In this document: positions 7,808 through 16,759 of the stretch, piece after piece | Layout: each line of letters begins with the position of its first letter | Position numbering within the stretch: position 1 is the first letter of the stretch | Origin: Armatimonadota bacterium | Lineage (GTDB): Bacteria; Armatimonadota; DASRZA01 | Length of the DNA stretch: 63,834 bases | Direction of reading: 5' to 3' | Assembly (NCBI GenBank): GCA_035686845.1 | Contig: DASRZA010000447.1 | Location: 1 to 63,834 of the forward strand | The notes under the pieces: model-generated | The model's input: only the letters and a program-made list of their open reading frames with translations | Told to the model about the DNA's origin: nothing | Databases searched by the model: none | Program-made: the position numbers and the translations under genes

Positions 7808-9559
7808 TCAGGGATTGATGGCGACTATTCTGATTGGATAGTGGCCCACGCGATAGGTGGTGACGAGATGTCCGCTTCGGATCAGATTGCCGTACGTTCT
7901 CGGGACCTGGGCTTCATGGCCGTCATAAACAAGGTAACGAACGCCCCAGGCGCGCAATTGCGCCGGGGGTACGGGGATCCAATCGATCTTGTAAAGAGGC
8001 GCGCGAGTCATGAGACCGAGAGTGGGCGCCCAGTTGTCACCCGCAAAGGCTCTGCCGTGAACGAGCCGGCTGAGCCGGCGCCCCGATCGAATAAGAGTGT
8101 ATCGCGGCTGGGCAGCCCAGCGTGCGTATGGCAGCCAATCACCGAAGATTAAAATTGCTCCGAGGAGGACCGGCGCGATCCACCGGGAGACCGGCGCGGG
8201 AATCGATACCCACTTCCATGCCGCAAAACTTCCTATCAAAAGAATCACGGCCAACGCCATCAGTCCTTCAATTTTCGGCAGGTCCTGTTGGGGCGGATAA
8301 TGAGGTATCACCAAGGAAGCGGCATCGACATAAATCAGCCAGCCCGCGGCGGCGACCGGGTTGAGGGGGCGGCCGGCGCCGCCATTCCAGAGCCACTGCG
8401 CGCCTCGCGCGGCGAGCGCCGCGGCAGCCGGCACAAACAAAATGGTGAATCGCGGCGGCCGGTAACTTTGAGGCGCCAGGTATACTAATCCGGTGATCAG
8501 CCAGAACGAAAGCAGCACACCCCAGCGATCCCGATCCTGAAGAGAGGCAGCGACACCGGCGGCCGCGAGGCAAATCAGCGGAACACCGCGTGCGCCCCAG
8601 ATTCCGGGCACGGTGAGCGCCTGCCGCGAGAGCACGAGCGGACGAAGGTCCCAGAGAGTGGCAGCGTTCAGGCGGAACGCTTCCCGAAATTGATCGAAGA
8701 GCGCCTGGTGCGGCAGCACGAAGAGCTCCCGGTACAACAGACATGAAATCGCGAGGACCATGAGAAACACCCAGAGCGGCAGTCGGGAACGAATCCACCC
8801 GGCCGCTGTCGTACGCGCACGGCGCCGTTCGGGAGCGAGACGGTGAGCCGGCTGCCATAGTAGGAAGAGAACGATCGGCGGGAAGAGCACGGCGCCGGTC
8901 GGTTTGATGAGGAAACTGACGAAGAGCAGGATGGCGGAGAGCGCGGCCCAGGCAATGGATTTTCCGTGCCCGGTCGGGCGCGCGGCCGGAGATCCAGCGC
9001 CCGGGTTTTCAGCCGCGCCATGCTTCGAATCGCCGCCGGCCTGAAATGCCGCCGCCGCGGCTGCGGTGGTAACGCCCGAGAGCAAGCCTTCGATCAGCTC
9101 AAGCCGGCCGTACATCACAAAGAGGTAATCGGTCCCCAGAAGCAGGGCAGCGAGGAGCGCGGCCCTCCAGCCCCATTCGCGCCAGCAGATCGTCGTCACG
9201 AGGAGAATCGCGAGCATCGCGCCGAAAACGCTGAGGAGTCGAACCGAAATGAGTCCGAGCCCGAAGGCACGGAAGGCCATATAGCTGATGGCGGTGAATC
9301 CGGGCGTTTGCGCCAACACGTTGTCGCCAGGAGAAATCCAGGCGCCCGCAAGCAGCCGGTGGCGCGCGTTGAGCGCGTACGTGCCCCCATCATTGAAGAT
9401 CGATCGGCTCGAACTGAGGCTTTCGGGAGGGTCAGCGGAGAGGTGAAAGAGACGCAATCCGGCGGCGAGCGCCAGAACGAGGAACAGAGCGACCGCACGA
9501 CGAGGATGCCCGGATGCAAAGCGGGGGCGCCGGCCGGCCGGCGCCGATCCGGAAATCAC
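7808..9559 (-). CDS. PMT/ArnT-like (GT39/GT83-type) membrane glycosyltransferase
   Basis: 583 aa and multi-TM. The N-terminal block LALAAGLRLFHLSADPP...FNDGGTYALNA resembles dolichyl-phosphate-mannose/ArnT-family enzymes. Confidence 0.65.
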   Translation of the reverse strand: MISGSAPAGRRPRFASGHPRRAVALFLVLALAAGLRLFHLSADPPESLSSSRSIFNDGGTYALNARHRLLAGAWISPGDNVLAQTPGFTAISYMAFRAFGLGLISVRLLSVFGAMLAILLVTTICWREWGWRAALLAALLLGTDYLFVMYGRLELIEGLLSGVTTAAAAAAFQAGGDSKHGAAENPGAGSPAARPTGHGKSIAWAALSAILLFVSFLIKPTGAVLFPPIVLFLLWQPAHRLAPERRRARTTAAGWIRSRLPLWVFLMVLAISCLLYRELFVLPHQALFDQFREAFRLNAATLWDLRPLVLSRQALTVPGIWGARGVPLICLAAAGVAASLQDRDRWGVLLSFWLITGLVYLAPQSYRPPRFTILFVPAAAALAARGAQWLWNGGAGRPLNPVAAAGWLIYVDAASLVIPHYPPQQDLPKIEGLMALAVILLIGSFAAWKWVSIPAPVSRWIAPVLLGAILIFGDWLPYARWAAQPRYTLIRSGRRLSRLVHGRAFAGDNWAPTLGLMTRAPLYKIDWIPVPPAQLRAWGVRYLVYDGHEAQVPRTYGNLIRSGHLVTTYRVGHYPIRIVAINP

Positions 9560-11895
9560 AGCTCCAGCGAGCTTTCCATCGGAACTACTATCTCCTGGGA
9601 TGAGGGCAGCGGGTCCGGGACCTGGATCACGAGCAGCGCCACGTCGTCACGCAGCACCCCTTCCGCGAAAGTAGTGGCCGCTTCAAGGAGCATCCGAGCC
9701 GTCTCATGCGCGCTGCCATCGATCTGACCTAGGAGGGTTTGAAGGCCTTCGGTATCCAGAAAATCATCATCGCGCCGGGCGTCGGAGAGGCCATCGGTGT
9801 AAAGCACAAGAGTATCTCCGGCTCGGAGTTCGGCGACGTGGGTGGGAAACGACACCAGGCTGCTGTCCACGACTCCGAGTACGACTCCCTCGGCGTGGAG
9901 CAGCGCCACGCTCCGATCCGAGCGGCGGAGAAGCGGGGGTTGATGCCCGGCGTTGGCGAAGCGCATCTCCCAATTCTCGAGATCGATCACCCCGTAGAAT
10001 AACGACACAAATCCCTGCGCGGTGGGGGAGGATCGGAGCGAGCCGGCGAAACAGGCCGCGTTGACGCGAGAAAGCACTCTGGAAGGCTCATTGTCTTCCA
10101 GCGCATAGGATCGCAGCGCGTACTTGACCGCGGCAGTCTGCACCGCGGCGCGGAGTCCTTTGCCCGACACGTCCGCGATCACAAATCCGATGCGGCGGGG
10201 GCCAAGCGGAATTACGTCGTAAAAGTCTCCTCCCAGCTCGGTTTCGTCGAGCGCGGCCCGATACTGGCGAGCAATGGATAGACCGCCGAGTTTCGGGGGA
10301 ATATCGGGCAGCATCGCCTTTTGCATGGTCTCGCCGACACGCCGCTCTCGCTCGAAGGCCGCCTGGATCTGGAGGGCAACGCCGGCATGACGGGCGAGCA
10401 GTTCCATGATACGTACATCGTCTTCGGTGAAGCGATCGGCTTCGGTTTTGGCGCCCACGAAGAGGACCCCCGCAACCGCGCCACCCGGCACCACAATTGG
10501 CGAGCAGATATAAGAATTAACGTCCAACGCCGGGTTTATTTCGAGACCGGGTGCGGGTCGTGCCCCATCGTCTACCGAGGCCCGGGTATCATGATGAAGC
10601 CATACCCATCCCGGAACGCCTTCGCCCGCGACCCAATGATGGTCAAGGCTCGTCCAGCGGGATCCATCCCACCATTCTCTGAGCCAGAGTTGATCATTAT
10701 CCACCTGGGCCAAAAAGGCGACCTCGGCGCGAGTGACAAACGCCGCGTCCTGCGTGATGCGCCGCAAGAGCCGCTGCGGATTTCGTTCGGTTCGGATTCC
10801 TTCGAGTAGACTCAGCAGCACGTTTAGCTGCTGATTCCGGTCGCGGAGCAGATCCTGATTCGCCTGTAAACGCTCGGCCATAAAGTTGAAGGCGTCTCGC
10901 AGCGAATCCATCTCGGTGCCGGTCTTCATGTTGACACGGTACCCCACGTCGCCGCTCGCGATGGCCTGTGAGGCGCGCTGCATTCGCTGAATGGCGTAGA
11001 GAAGCGCGCCGCTTGCGCTCCAGAAAAGGGCGAACATCAACAGGAGACCAACCAGAGTGCCGATGACGGTGACGCGCTGCTCCCGGTAGATTGGCGCCCG
11101 AGCAAGCCTGGCGTCCACAACGGCAGCGGCGGCCCAACCAAAAATCTTCACCGGCGCGTAAGCCGCGATCAGAAACTGGCCGGTTTTTGAACTGAGCGAG
11201 GCCCCTTCCGTTGGAACGCCTGCGATTGCCCGTCCGACAGCCGGCGCTGACAGCGCGCCGCGCGGGAGATCGCTCCAGTCAGTCGGACGGCTGTCAACCA
11301 CCTGCGCATCGCTATCCAAGATAAGAATGTAGGAATAGTCGGTCGCCTGGCTCGGGAGCGCCGCCCTGATCCAACGGGTGCTTACGATCCCACGAAGAAT
11401 ACCGCGGCGTCCCGTGGCGCCTTCGACCGACACCGCCAGGTGGATGCCGCCGGCGCCGCCTTTATCGACAACGTGCTTTAGAGACCAGCGGCGGCCGCTC
11501 GCGACCGCGCGGACCGCAGGGTCGGAGCGGATCTGAGCCGGGGTTTCATCGCTGTCTCCAACGCGGATGACGCGGTCGCTCGCAACAAAATCCAGGCTCC
11601 TGAATTTTTCGCTCTGGATTGAAAACAGCCGGCGAAGAAAGGCCCCCCGCTCCTCATCCCGCCATGTTGTCTGCTGGGCGAGTTCGAGGGCTGCGGTCTG
11701 CTCAGTTCGGAGCGCCGCGGCAAGCAGCGCGCCGGTTGTGCCGGCCGCGGAAACGCTCAGGTCGGTCATTGTATCTTCAAGCGTTCGCTGGTGGAGATCC
11801 GACCAGCCCTCAAAAGTGGTCGCGACCACCCCACCCAGAAGTAAGGCGATAAGAAGAAACACCAGCAGCAGTCTTGTTCGAATCGAGCGGCCCAA
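9556..11895 (-). CDS. Membrane sensor PP2C (SpoIIE/RsbU-type) phosphatase with HAMP and GAF-like modules
   Basis: An N-terminal TM helix, an extracytoplasmic region and a second TM helix precede a HAMP-like segment (IASGDVGYRV...). The C-terminal SpoIIE block reads GGDFYDV...IADVSGKGLRAAV...YTDGLSD. It overlaps the downstream gene by 4 nt. Confidence 0.8.
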   Translation of the reverse strand: MGRSIRTRLLLVFLLIALLLGGVVATTFEGWSDLHQRTLEDTMTDLSVSAAGTTGALLAAALRTEQTAALELAQQTTWRDEERGAFLRRLFSIQSEKFRSLDFVASDRVIRVGDSDETPAQIRSDPAVRAVASGRRWSLKHVVDKGGAGGIHLAVSVEGATGRRGILRGIVSTRWIRAALPSQATDYSYILILDSDAQVVDSRPTDWSDLPRGALSAPAVGRAIAGVPTEGASLSSKTGQFLIAAYAPVKIFGWAAAAVVDARLARAPIYREQRVTVIGTLVGLLLMFALFWSASGALLYAIQRMQRASQAIASGDVGYRVNMKTGTEMDSLRDAFNFMAERLQANQDLLRDRNQQLNVLLSLLEGIRTERNPQRLLRRITQDAAFVTRAEVAFLAQVDNDQLWLREWWDGSRWTSLDHHWVAGEGVPGWVWLHHDTRASVDDGARPAPGLEINPALDVNSYICSPIVVPGGAVAGVLFVGAKTEADRFTEDDVRIMELLARHAGVALQIQAAFERERRVGETMQKAMLPDIPPKLGGLSIARQYRAALDETELGGDFYDVIPLGPRRIGFVIADVSGKGLRAAVQTAAVKYALRSYALEDNEPSRVLSRVNAACFAGSLRSSPTAQGFVSLFYGVIDLENWEMRFANAGHQPPLLRRSDRSVALLHAEGVVLGVVDSSLVSFPTHVAELRAGDTLVLYTDGLSDARRDDDFLDTEGLQTLLGQIDGSAHETARMLLEAATTFAEGVLRDDVALLVIQVPDPLPSSQEIVVPMESSLEL

Positions 11896-12060
11896 TCGAC
11901 TCTTACTCCCGTCCCTCTAACCGGCCCGATCCTGTTACCGGGCGCCGGCATAAAGGGGCACATTACGCTCCGACGCGCGGACTATGCTCGTTCCATCTAA
12001 TACGCCCTGGCGCAGGTTCACCGGCGGCCCTTCGACCCATCCAAAATGGGGTGGCATTCC

Positions 12061-12100
12061 GGCCCCCAGTCCCCAATTCTGGGGGCGGCGACTGCCGGCT
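12061..12100. repeat. Copy A of a dispersed hairpin (REP-like) element
   Basis: ggcccccagtccccaattctgggggcggcgactgccggct. It is near-identical in architecture to 47191..47230. Confidence 0.75.
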
Positions 12101-12218
12101 CATTTGCGCGGGAGCGCGTTATCCCGACGGCGCCACAAAGCTCACCTTCGCTGCAGGTCTAATTGATTGTACAGGAAAGCGTGAAAGAAGCAAACAGTAG
12201 GATAACTTAAGTCATCGC

Positions 12219-12248
12219 TTGACACTGGATAAACCGCGGTGATATACT
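12219..12248 (+). promoter_or_regulatory. Strong sigma70-type promoter with no downstream plus-strand gene
   Basis: TTGACA (12219..12224), an 18-nt spacer, then TATACT (12243..12248). Confidence 0.6.
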
Positions 12249-12254
12249 CGATTT

Positions 12255-12390
12255 GGAAGGAGGTGGTGTGAATAATGGATATACGCACACACGGGGGTTC
12301 TGAAGCTTAGGCAGCCTCGTAAGAGGTCTGCCTGCCTTCAAATCTACGCAGCCCTCGGCAAAGGGACGGTCGTGAGGCCGTCCCTTTGTG
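12255..12390 (+). ncRNA. Candidate small RNA or micro-ORF transcript of about 135 nt
   Basis: It runs from just after the promoter to the hairpin at 12360..12387. It contains AAGGAGG (12257..12263). It also has a GNRA-capped hairpin (aggcagcctc-GTAA-gagg-t-ctgcct, 12309..12333). Two possible tiny ORFs are present: ATG 12275 (MDIRTHGGSEA) and GTG 12268 (MNNGYTHTRGF). Confidence 0.35.
12360..12387. terminator. GC-rich hairpin, possibly a bidirectional terminator
   Basis: AAAGGGACGG-tcgtgagg-CCGTCCCTTT. It lies 10 nt past the stop of the minus-strand gene at 12397 and at the end of the candidate plus-strand transcript. Confidence 0.55.
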
Positions 12391-12396
12391 CTGTAC

Positions 12397-14337
12397 TTAT
12401 GGCTTCTCATCCAGGGTCACACCGCCGGGCCCGATGAAATAGGCGATCCGGGAATAGCGTCGCTGTGGGTCATGATCTCGAAGCAGATCGTTGGTCACGA
12501 TGGGGCATTCAAGCCGGCGCGCCTCGGTCAAGAGTGAAAGGTCCGCGTCCGTCCGGCTCTGCGCGAACCGGATCTCACCGCGCAATTCCCAGCGGTTGAG
12601 CCGATCCGGGTTTTTGACCTGGAAGAGAAGTGAAGCGTCGCAAAGAATAATAATCGGGAAAAAGCCGGCTTCCAGCAGTTTCTGGCGCACCGCGCGGATG
12701 TTTTCAAGGTTGGGACCGCTCTCCTGGTTATTTCCATCCCACGCGACGTTGCTGCCATCCACGACCACCGGGCGAGTGGAGGCGCTGAGCACGCGGCGAG
12801 CGCCGGGCAGGTAGGCGTTGGCGCCTTCAATAACGTGCAGCGCTGCCTGCCTCACTTCGCCGCTCTGGCCGGCGGCCCATTTTCTGAAGGGATCTACCAG
12901 CGATTCGTCTGCGGCGGCGATCGCGGCTGCCAACTGGGAAGCGGAGAGCGATCCGCCTGGCGCGCCGGGCCACGGCGCCTCTACCCGCTTGTGCTCGACC
13001 ACCAGCGCCGGCTGCAGTCTTCGCCACAGACCGCGTTTGAGGCGGCGAGCGAGTGACTCGAAGGTCTTTGCAGCGTCGAGCGAAGTTCGGAGAAGCTCGC
13101 CATAGAGCTGCGCCACCTGCTCCACTTCCGCGCGGGAACCCGCGTCGGTGATTTCGAGCAGCTTCTCCATGCGCCACGTAACGTCGGCATCGCCGGGCGC
13201 GGCACGGATGCTCTCGCAGAATTCCGCTACCGCCTCTTGACGCCGGTTTTCGGCCAGTGCCGTTGCGCCCGCGTGATAATGATATTGTCCGACCTCTTCG
13301 GCGCTGCCGCCCAACGTGAGGGCCTCCAGCATGAGCTTCCGGGGGACCGGATTTACGGGGTCGAGGTCCAGCCATTCCCGGGCGTAAGCGGCAGCCGCGT
13401 CGAACAATCGCTTTTCGATCAGGCGCTGCAGCACCTGTCGGCTGAGATCCACGCTGGTCGCGACCGACGGCGGCGCGGCGCCCCGATTCGCCGCCGGCGC
13501 CCGGTCCGTGAGGCTCGAAACCGTCTTTACCTTTTCACGCCGGAGCGCCTTCGCGGCGCGATCCGCCCGGGCGGTCTCCTCATCCAACTTCTTCTGCAGC
13601 CGCTCCAACTTCCGGCGAGCCGACTTCAAATCCTCTTCGGCGCTATGCTGGAGCCGGCGCGCTTCATTCAATTCACGACGGGCGGATTCCAGATCCTTGC
13701 GCTCTGCCAGGGGATCAGCGCGAGACGGCGGCTCCCGAGGCTGGATGGAGGCGGCTGCTCGCGGCTTTCCGGCGTGCTCTGATTCCCGCGGCTTTCCGGC
13801 GTGCTCTGATTCCCGCGGCGCGGTCTGGCGCTTCTCGGAATCTGAGATTCCGAAGGCGATCGTGGGCACGGGGGAGACTACATGTTCAGCGACGCCCGAG
13901 ATAGAGGCGTCCGGGCCATCGGAGGGTTCCGGTTCCTCCAGACAATCAGCCGGCGCCGACGCTGCATTGAGGCCCGTGCGTGGATGCAGAATCAGCGCCC
14001 ACTGGACCACTTCGGCGCCATGCTGCGCCGCCAGCTCACGGATACCCTCATCGGCGGGTGGATCGGGAAGCTGCTCCAGCGCCGTGAAGAGGTCTCCCCG
14101 AAGATGCTCAAATCGAGAGGAGAGCGCGTTGAGGGCGTCTGTGGTATGCAGCAATTCCTGAATTCGCTTGCGAATGATCGGGCTGGTGAGCGACTTTGGA
14201 TCCGATCGGAAGCCAACGAAGATCCGGCGCTCCAGGTTAGCGTCGCGCAGACTCACAATCAGTTCGCGTCCGCCGATGAGGGTGATCAGCGCACTGAGCG
14301 ATGGCAGCGAAGCCCTCTCATCGGGATCGATTGTCAT
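12397..14337 (-). CDS. Zc3h12a-like NYN-domain ribonuclease with a long helical/coiled-coil N-terminal region
   Basis: The C-terminus reads RPVVVDGSNVAWDGNN...GFFPIIILCDASL...IVTNDLLRD, matching the VIDGSNVA-type NYN motif. The start was moved to the ATG at 14337 (MTIDPDER...), which makes an ATGA overlap with the rlmN stop. Confidence 0.7.
   Translation of the reverse strand: MTIDPDERASLPSLSALITLIGGRELIVSLRDANLERRIFVGFRSDPKSLTSPIIRKRIQELLHTTDALNALSSRFEHLRGDLFTALEQLPDPPADEGIRELAAQHGAEVVQWALILHPRTGLNAASAPADCLEEPEPSDGPDASISGVAEHVVSPVPTIAFGISDSEKRQTAPRESEHAGKPRESEHAGKPRAAASIQPREPPSRADPLAERKDLESARRELNEARRLQHSAEEDLKSARRKLERLQKKLDEETARADRAAKALRREKVKTVSSLTDRAPAANRGAAPPSVATSVDLSRQVLQRLIEKRLFDAAAAYAREWLDLDPVNPVPRKLMLEALTLGGSAEEVGQYHYHAGATALAENRRQEAVAEFCESIRAAPGDADVTWRMEKLLEITDAGSRAEVEQVAQLYGELLRTSLDAAKTFESLARRLKRGLWRRLQPALVVEHKRVEAPWPGAPGGSLSASQLAAAIAAADESLVDPFRKWAAGQSGEVRQAALHVIEGANAYLPGARRVLSASTRPVVVDGSNVAWDGNNQESGPNLENIRAVRQKLLEAGFFPIIILCDASLLFQVKNPDRLNRWELRGEIRFAQSRTDADLSLLTEARRLECPIVTNDLLRDHDPQRRYSRIAYFIGPGGVTLDEKP
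13761..13814. repeat. Perfect 27-bp tandem duplication, in frame
   Basis: gcggctttccggcgtgctctgattccc occurs twice (13761..13787 and 13788..13814) and encodes ESEHAGKPR twice in the NYN protein. Confidence 0.9.
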
Positions 14338-15482
14338 TTGGCGGAGGAAACGCCGGAATCGAGATGGAGCGAAGGCGCGATGGCAGAGACATCCGGCGCC
14401 GCGGCGCCCGGCACGGAAGCGCCCCCTATGGCGTCGGTCGAGATTAGCGTCTGCTTCCGAAGCTGGCCGCACGCGGCCATAATCTCCTGGCCCCGTTCCA
14501 TGCGCTGGGTGACCGCGATGTTAGACTGTTCCAGGATACGCCTGAACTGGGTAACTTCAGCCGGTCGAGGAGCGTGGTACTCGTCGCTGGCGCCCGGGTT
14601 ATAAGGAATTAGATTGACGTGATTCTGCCCCCCGCGGATCAGTGCCGCCAGTTGACGGGCGTGTTCCGGTTGATCGTTGACTCCCCGCAGCAGGACATAT
14701 TCAAAGGTAACGCGGCGGCCGGTTTTCTCTTGGTAGGCGTCACAGGCGGCCAGGATCTCGGACAGAGGATAGCGGCGGGCGACCGGGATCAGCGTCTGCC
14801 GTATCGCATCGTTGGGGGCGTGGAGCGAGACGGCCAGGGTGAACGGTTCATTCTCGCCGGCGAGGGAAAGCATCTCGGGAACCAGGCCAACGGTTGAGAT
14901 GGTGATATGGCGCATCGGGACGCCGATCTCGGAGTGCATGATGCGGGCGGCTTTGAGAACCTCGCGGGTGTTCATTAGCGGCTCGCCCATGCCCATAAAA
15001 ACCACGTGCGTGTAAGTCCGCCCGGTTAACCGGCGCGCGGTGAGGAGCTGATCGACGATTTCGCCGGCGCTTAGATTTCGGGAGTAGCCGCTCCGGCCGG
15101 TGGCGCAGAACGTGCAGCGAATTGGGCAGCCGGCCTGCGACGAGACACAGATAGAAGTTCGATCCGCGAAGGGGAGCGAAACCGTTTCAATGGATTCGCC
15201 ATCGGACAGTCCGAAGAGGAACTTCTCGGTTCCGTCCTTCGCCTGCTGGCGTCGAACCAGGGTGAGGCAGTTGAGCCGGGCTTCGTCACTGATGCGTTTG
15301 CGGAGCGCGGTCGGGAGATCGGTCATGGCGTCGAATGAGTCGACGCCGCGCGCGTACATCCAGCGGGCGATCTGCCGGCCGCGGTAGGCGGGTTCTCCCC
15401 AGCCGGCTGCGATCGCCTCAAGCTCTTCCCGGGTTTTGCCGGGTAGGACCGCGGCGCCACTTTCTATTGTATTATCACTCAT
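14334..15482 (-). CDS. rlmN: 23S rRNA/tRNA adenine-C2 methyltransferase RlmN (radical SAM)
   Basis: CPIRCTFCATG cluster motif, GEPL, and a C-terminal ...AACGQL. The start is set at ATG 15482 (MSDNTIESG) to avoid overlapping the upstream gene. Confidence 0.88.
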   Translation of the reverse strand: MSDNTIESGAAVLPGKTREELEAIAAGWGEPAYRGRQIARWMYARGVDSFDAMTDLPTALRKRISDEARLNCLTLVRRQQAKDGTEKFLFGLSDGESIETVSLPFADRTSICVSSQAGCPIRCTFCATGRSGYSRNLSAGEIVDQLLTARRLTGRTYTHVVFMGMGEPLMNTREVLKAARIMHSEIGVPMRHITISTVGLVPEMLSLAGENEPFTLAVSLHAPNDAIRQTLIPVARRYPLSEILAACDAYQEKTGRRVTFEYVLLRGVNDQPEHARQLAALIRGGQNHVNLIPYNPGASDEYHAPRPAEVTQFRRILEQSNIAVTQRMERGQEIMAACGQLRKQTLISTDAIGGASVPGAAAPDVSAIAPSLHLDSGVSSAK

Positions 15483-15513
15483 ACCAGAAGTATAGAGGCG
15501 CGCCGGAGGGGAG

Positions 15514-16668
15514 TCAAACGGGAGCAGGTCTTGCGAGGGATCGGAGCTTTGCCACAATTGGAGGAAGCGACTCGATCACGGCATCGACGTCGGCGCTGGT
15601 GTTTTGACGTCCCAGCGAGATTCGCAGCGATCCGTGCGCGTAATCGGGCGGCACACCCATGGCCAACAGCGCGTGCGGCGGCTCCAGTGAACCGGAGGAA
15701 CAGGCGGATCCTGCCGAAGCGGCGATCCCGATCTGATCGAGCGCCAGCAGCACCGCTTCGCCCTCCACGCCGCGGAAGCAGAAACTCGCGTGGTTGGGCA
15801 GTCGTCGGGTCGGGTGCCCGGTTACGATGGTGTCGGGAACGCGTTCCGGAATCTCAGTGAGAAGCCGGTCACGCAGGGCGGTTTCGGCGGCAGCCTCGGA
15901 TCCGAGCCTATCAACGCTTCGCTTCAGCGCCGCGGCGAGGCCGACGATTCCGGCGACGTTTTCGGTGCCGGACCGCCGGTTCTTCTCCTGGCCGCCGCCG
16001 GTAATCTGGGCATGGAGACGGGTACCGGAACGGATATAGAGCGCGCCGACCCCCTTGGGACCATAGATCTTGTGCCCCGAAAGCGAGTGTAGATCCACGC
16101 CAAGAGCGTCAACGTCGATGGGCAGCTTTCCTGTGGTCTGCACGGCGTCGGAATGGAAATAGACGTTACGCTCCCGGCAGATATCGCCAATCACCGCGAT
16201 TGACTCGACAGTTCCCACTTCGTTGTTGGCGTGCATCACGGTGACCAGGATCGTGTCGCTCTCGATAGCATCCGCGACGGCCGCGGGATCGACGAGCCCG
16301 GTTGGATCAACGGGAATGATCGTGAGCTCGAAACCCTCTCTTTCGAGCGCGTGGCAGGTTTCAAGCACCGATGGATGCTCGATGGCGGAGACAACAATGC
16401 GCCGTCCCCTGGATCGCCGGGCGGAGGCGACACCTCGAATGGCGAGATTATTGCTTTCGCTTCCTCCGCCGGTAAAGATGATCTCGTTGGGAGACGCGCC
16501 CAGGCACGCCGCTACCGTTTCCCGGGCATTTTCCACCGCCTCCCGCGCCTGCCGGCCGGCCGCGTGGATGCTGTTCGGGTTCCCGAACACCTCGCCGAAA
16601 TAGACCTCCATCTCGGCCCGCACGCCGGGATCTAGCGGGGTGGTAGCGGCGTTATCCAGATAAATCAC
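15514..16668 (-). CDS. Cysteine desulfurase (NifS/IscS family, PLP-dependent)
   Basis: IYLDNAATTP, SAIEHPSVL, SLSGHKIYGPKGVGALY (PLP lysine) and SAGSACSSG (catalytic Cys loop). I prefer the GTG at 16668, preceded by GGGGAG 6 nt upstream. The ORF-track start is 16713. Confidence 0.85.
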   Translation of the reverse strand: MIYLDNAATTPLDPGVRAEMEVYFGEVFGNPNSIHAAGRQAREAVENARETVAACLGASPNEIIFTGGGSESNNLAIRGVASARRSRGRRIVVSAIEHPSVLETCHALEREGFELTIIPVDPTGLVDPAAVADAIESDTILVTVMHANNEVGTVESIAVIGDICRERNVYFHSDAVQTTGKLPIDVDALGVDLHSLSGHKIYGPKGVGALYIRSGTRLHAQITGGGQEKNRRSGTENVAGIVGLAAALKRSVDRLGSEAAAETALRDRLLTEIPERVPDTIVTGHPTRRLPNHASFCFRGVEGEAVLLALDQIGIAASAGSACSSGSLEPPHALLAMGVPPDYAHGSLRISLGRQNTSADVDAVIESLPPIVAKLRSLARPAPV

Positions 16669-16759
16669 GATCGACTCCCCTCGTCCGGCGCCGGTTTTTG
16701 GGGAACGCTGCATGGCGCCGATGCTTATGATCGCACTATAGCACGGGGAAGGAAGATCG

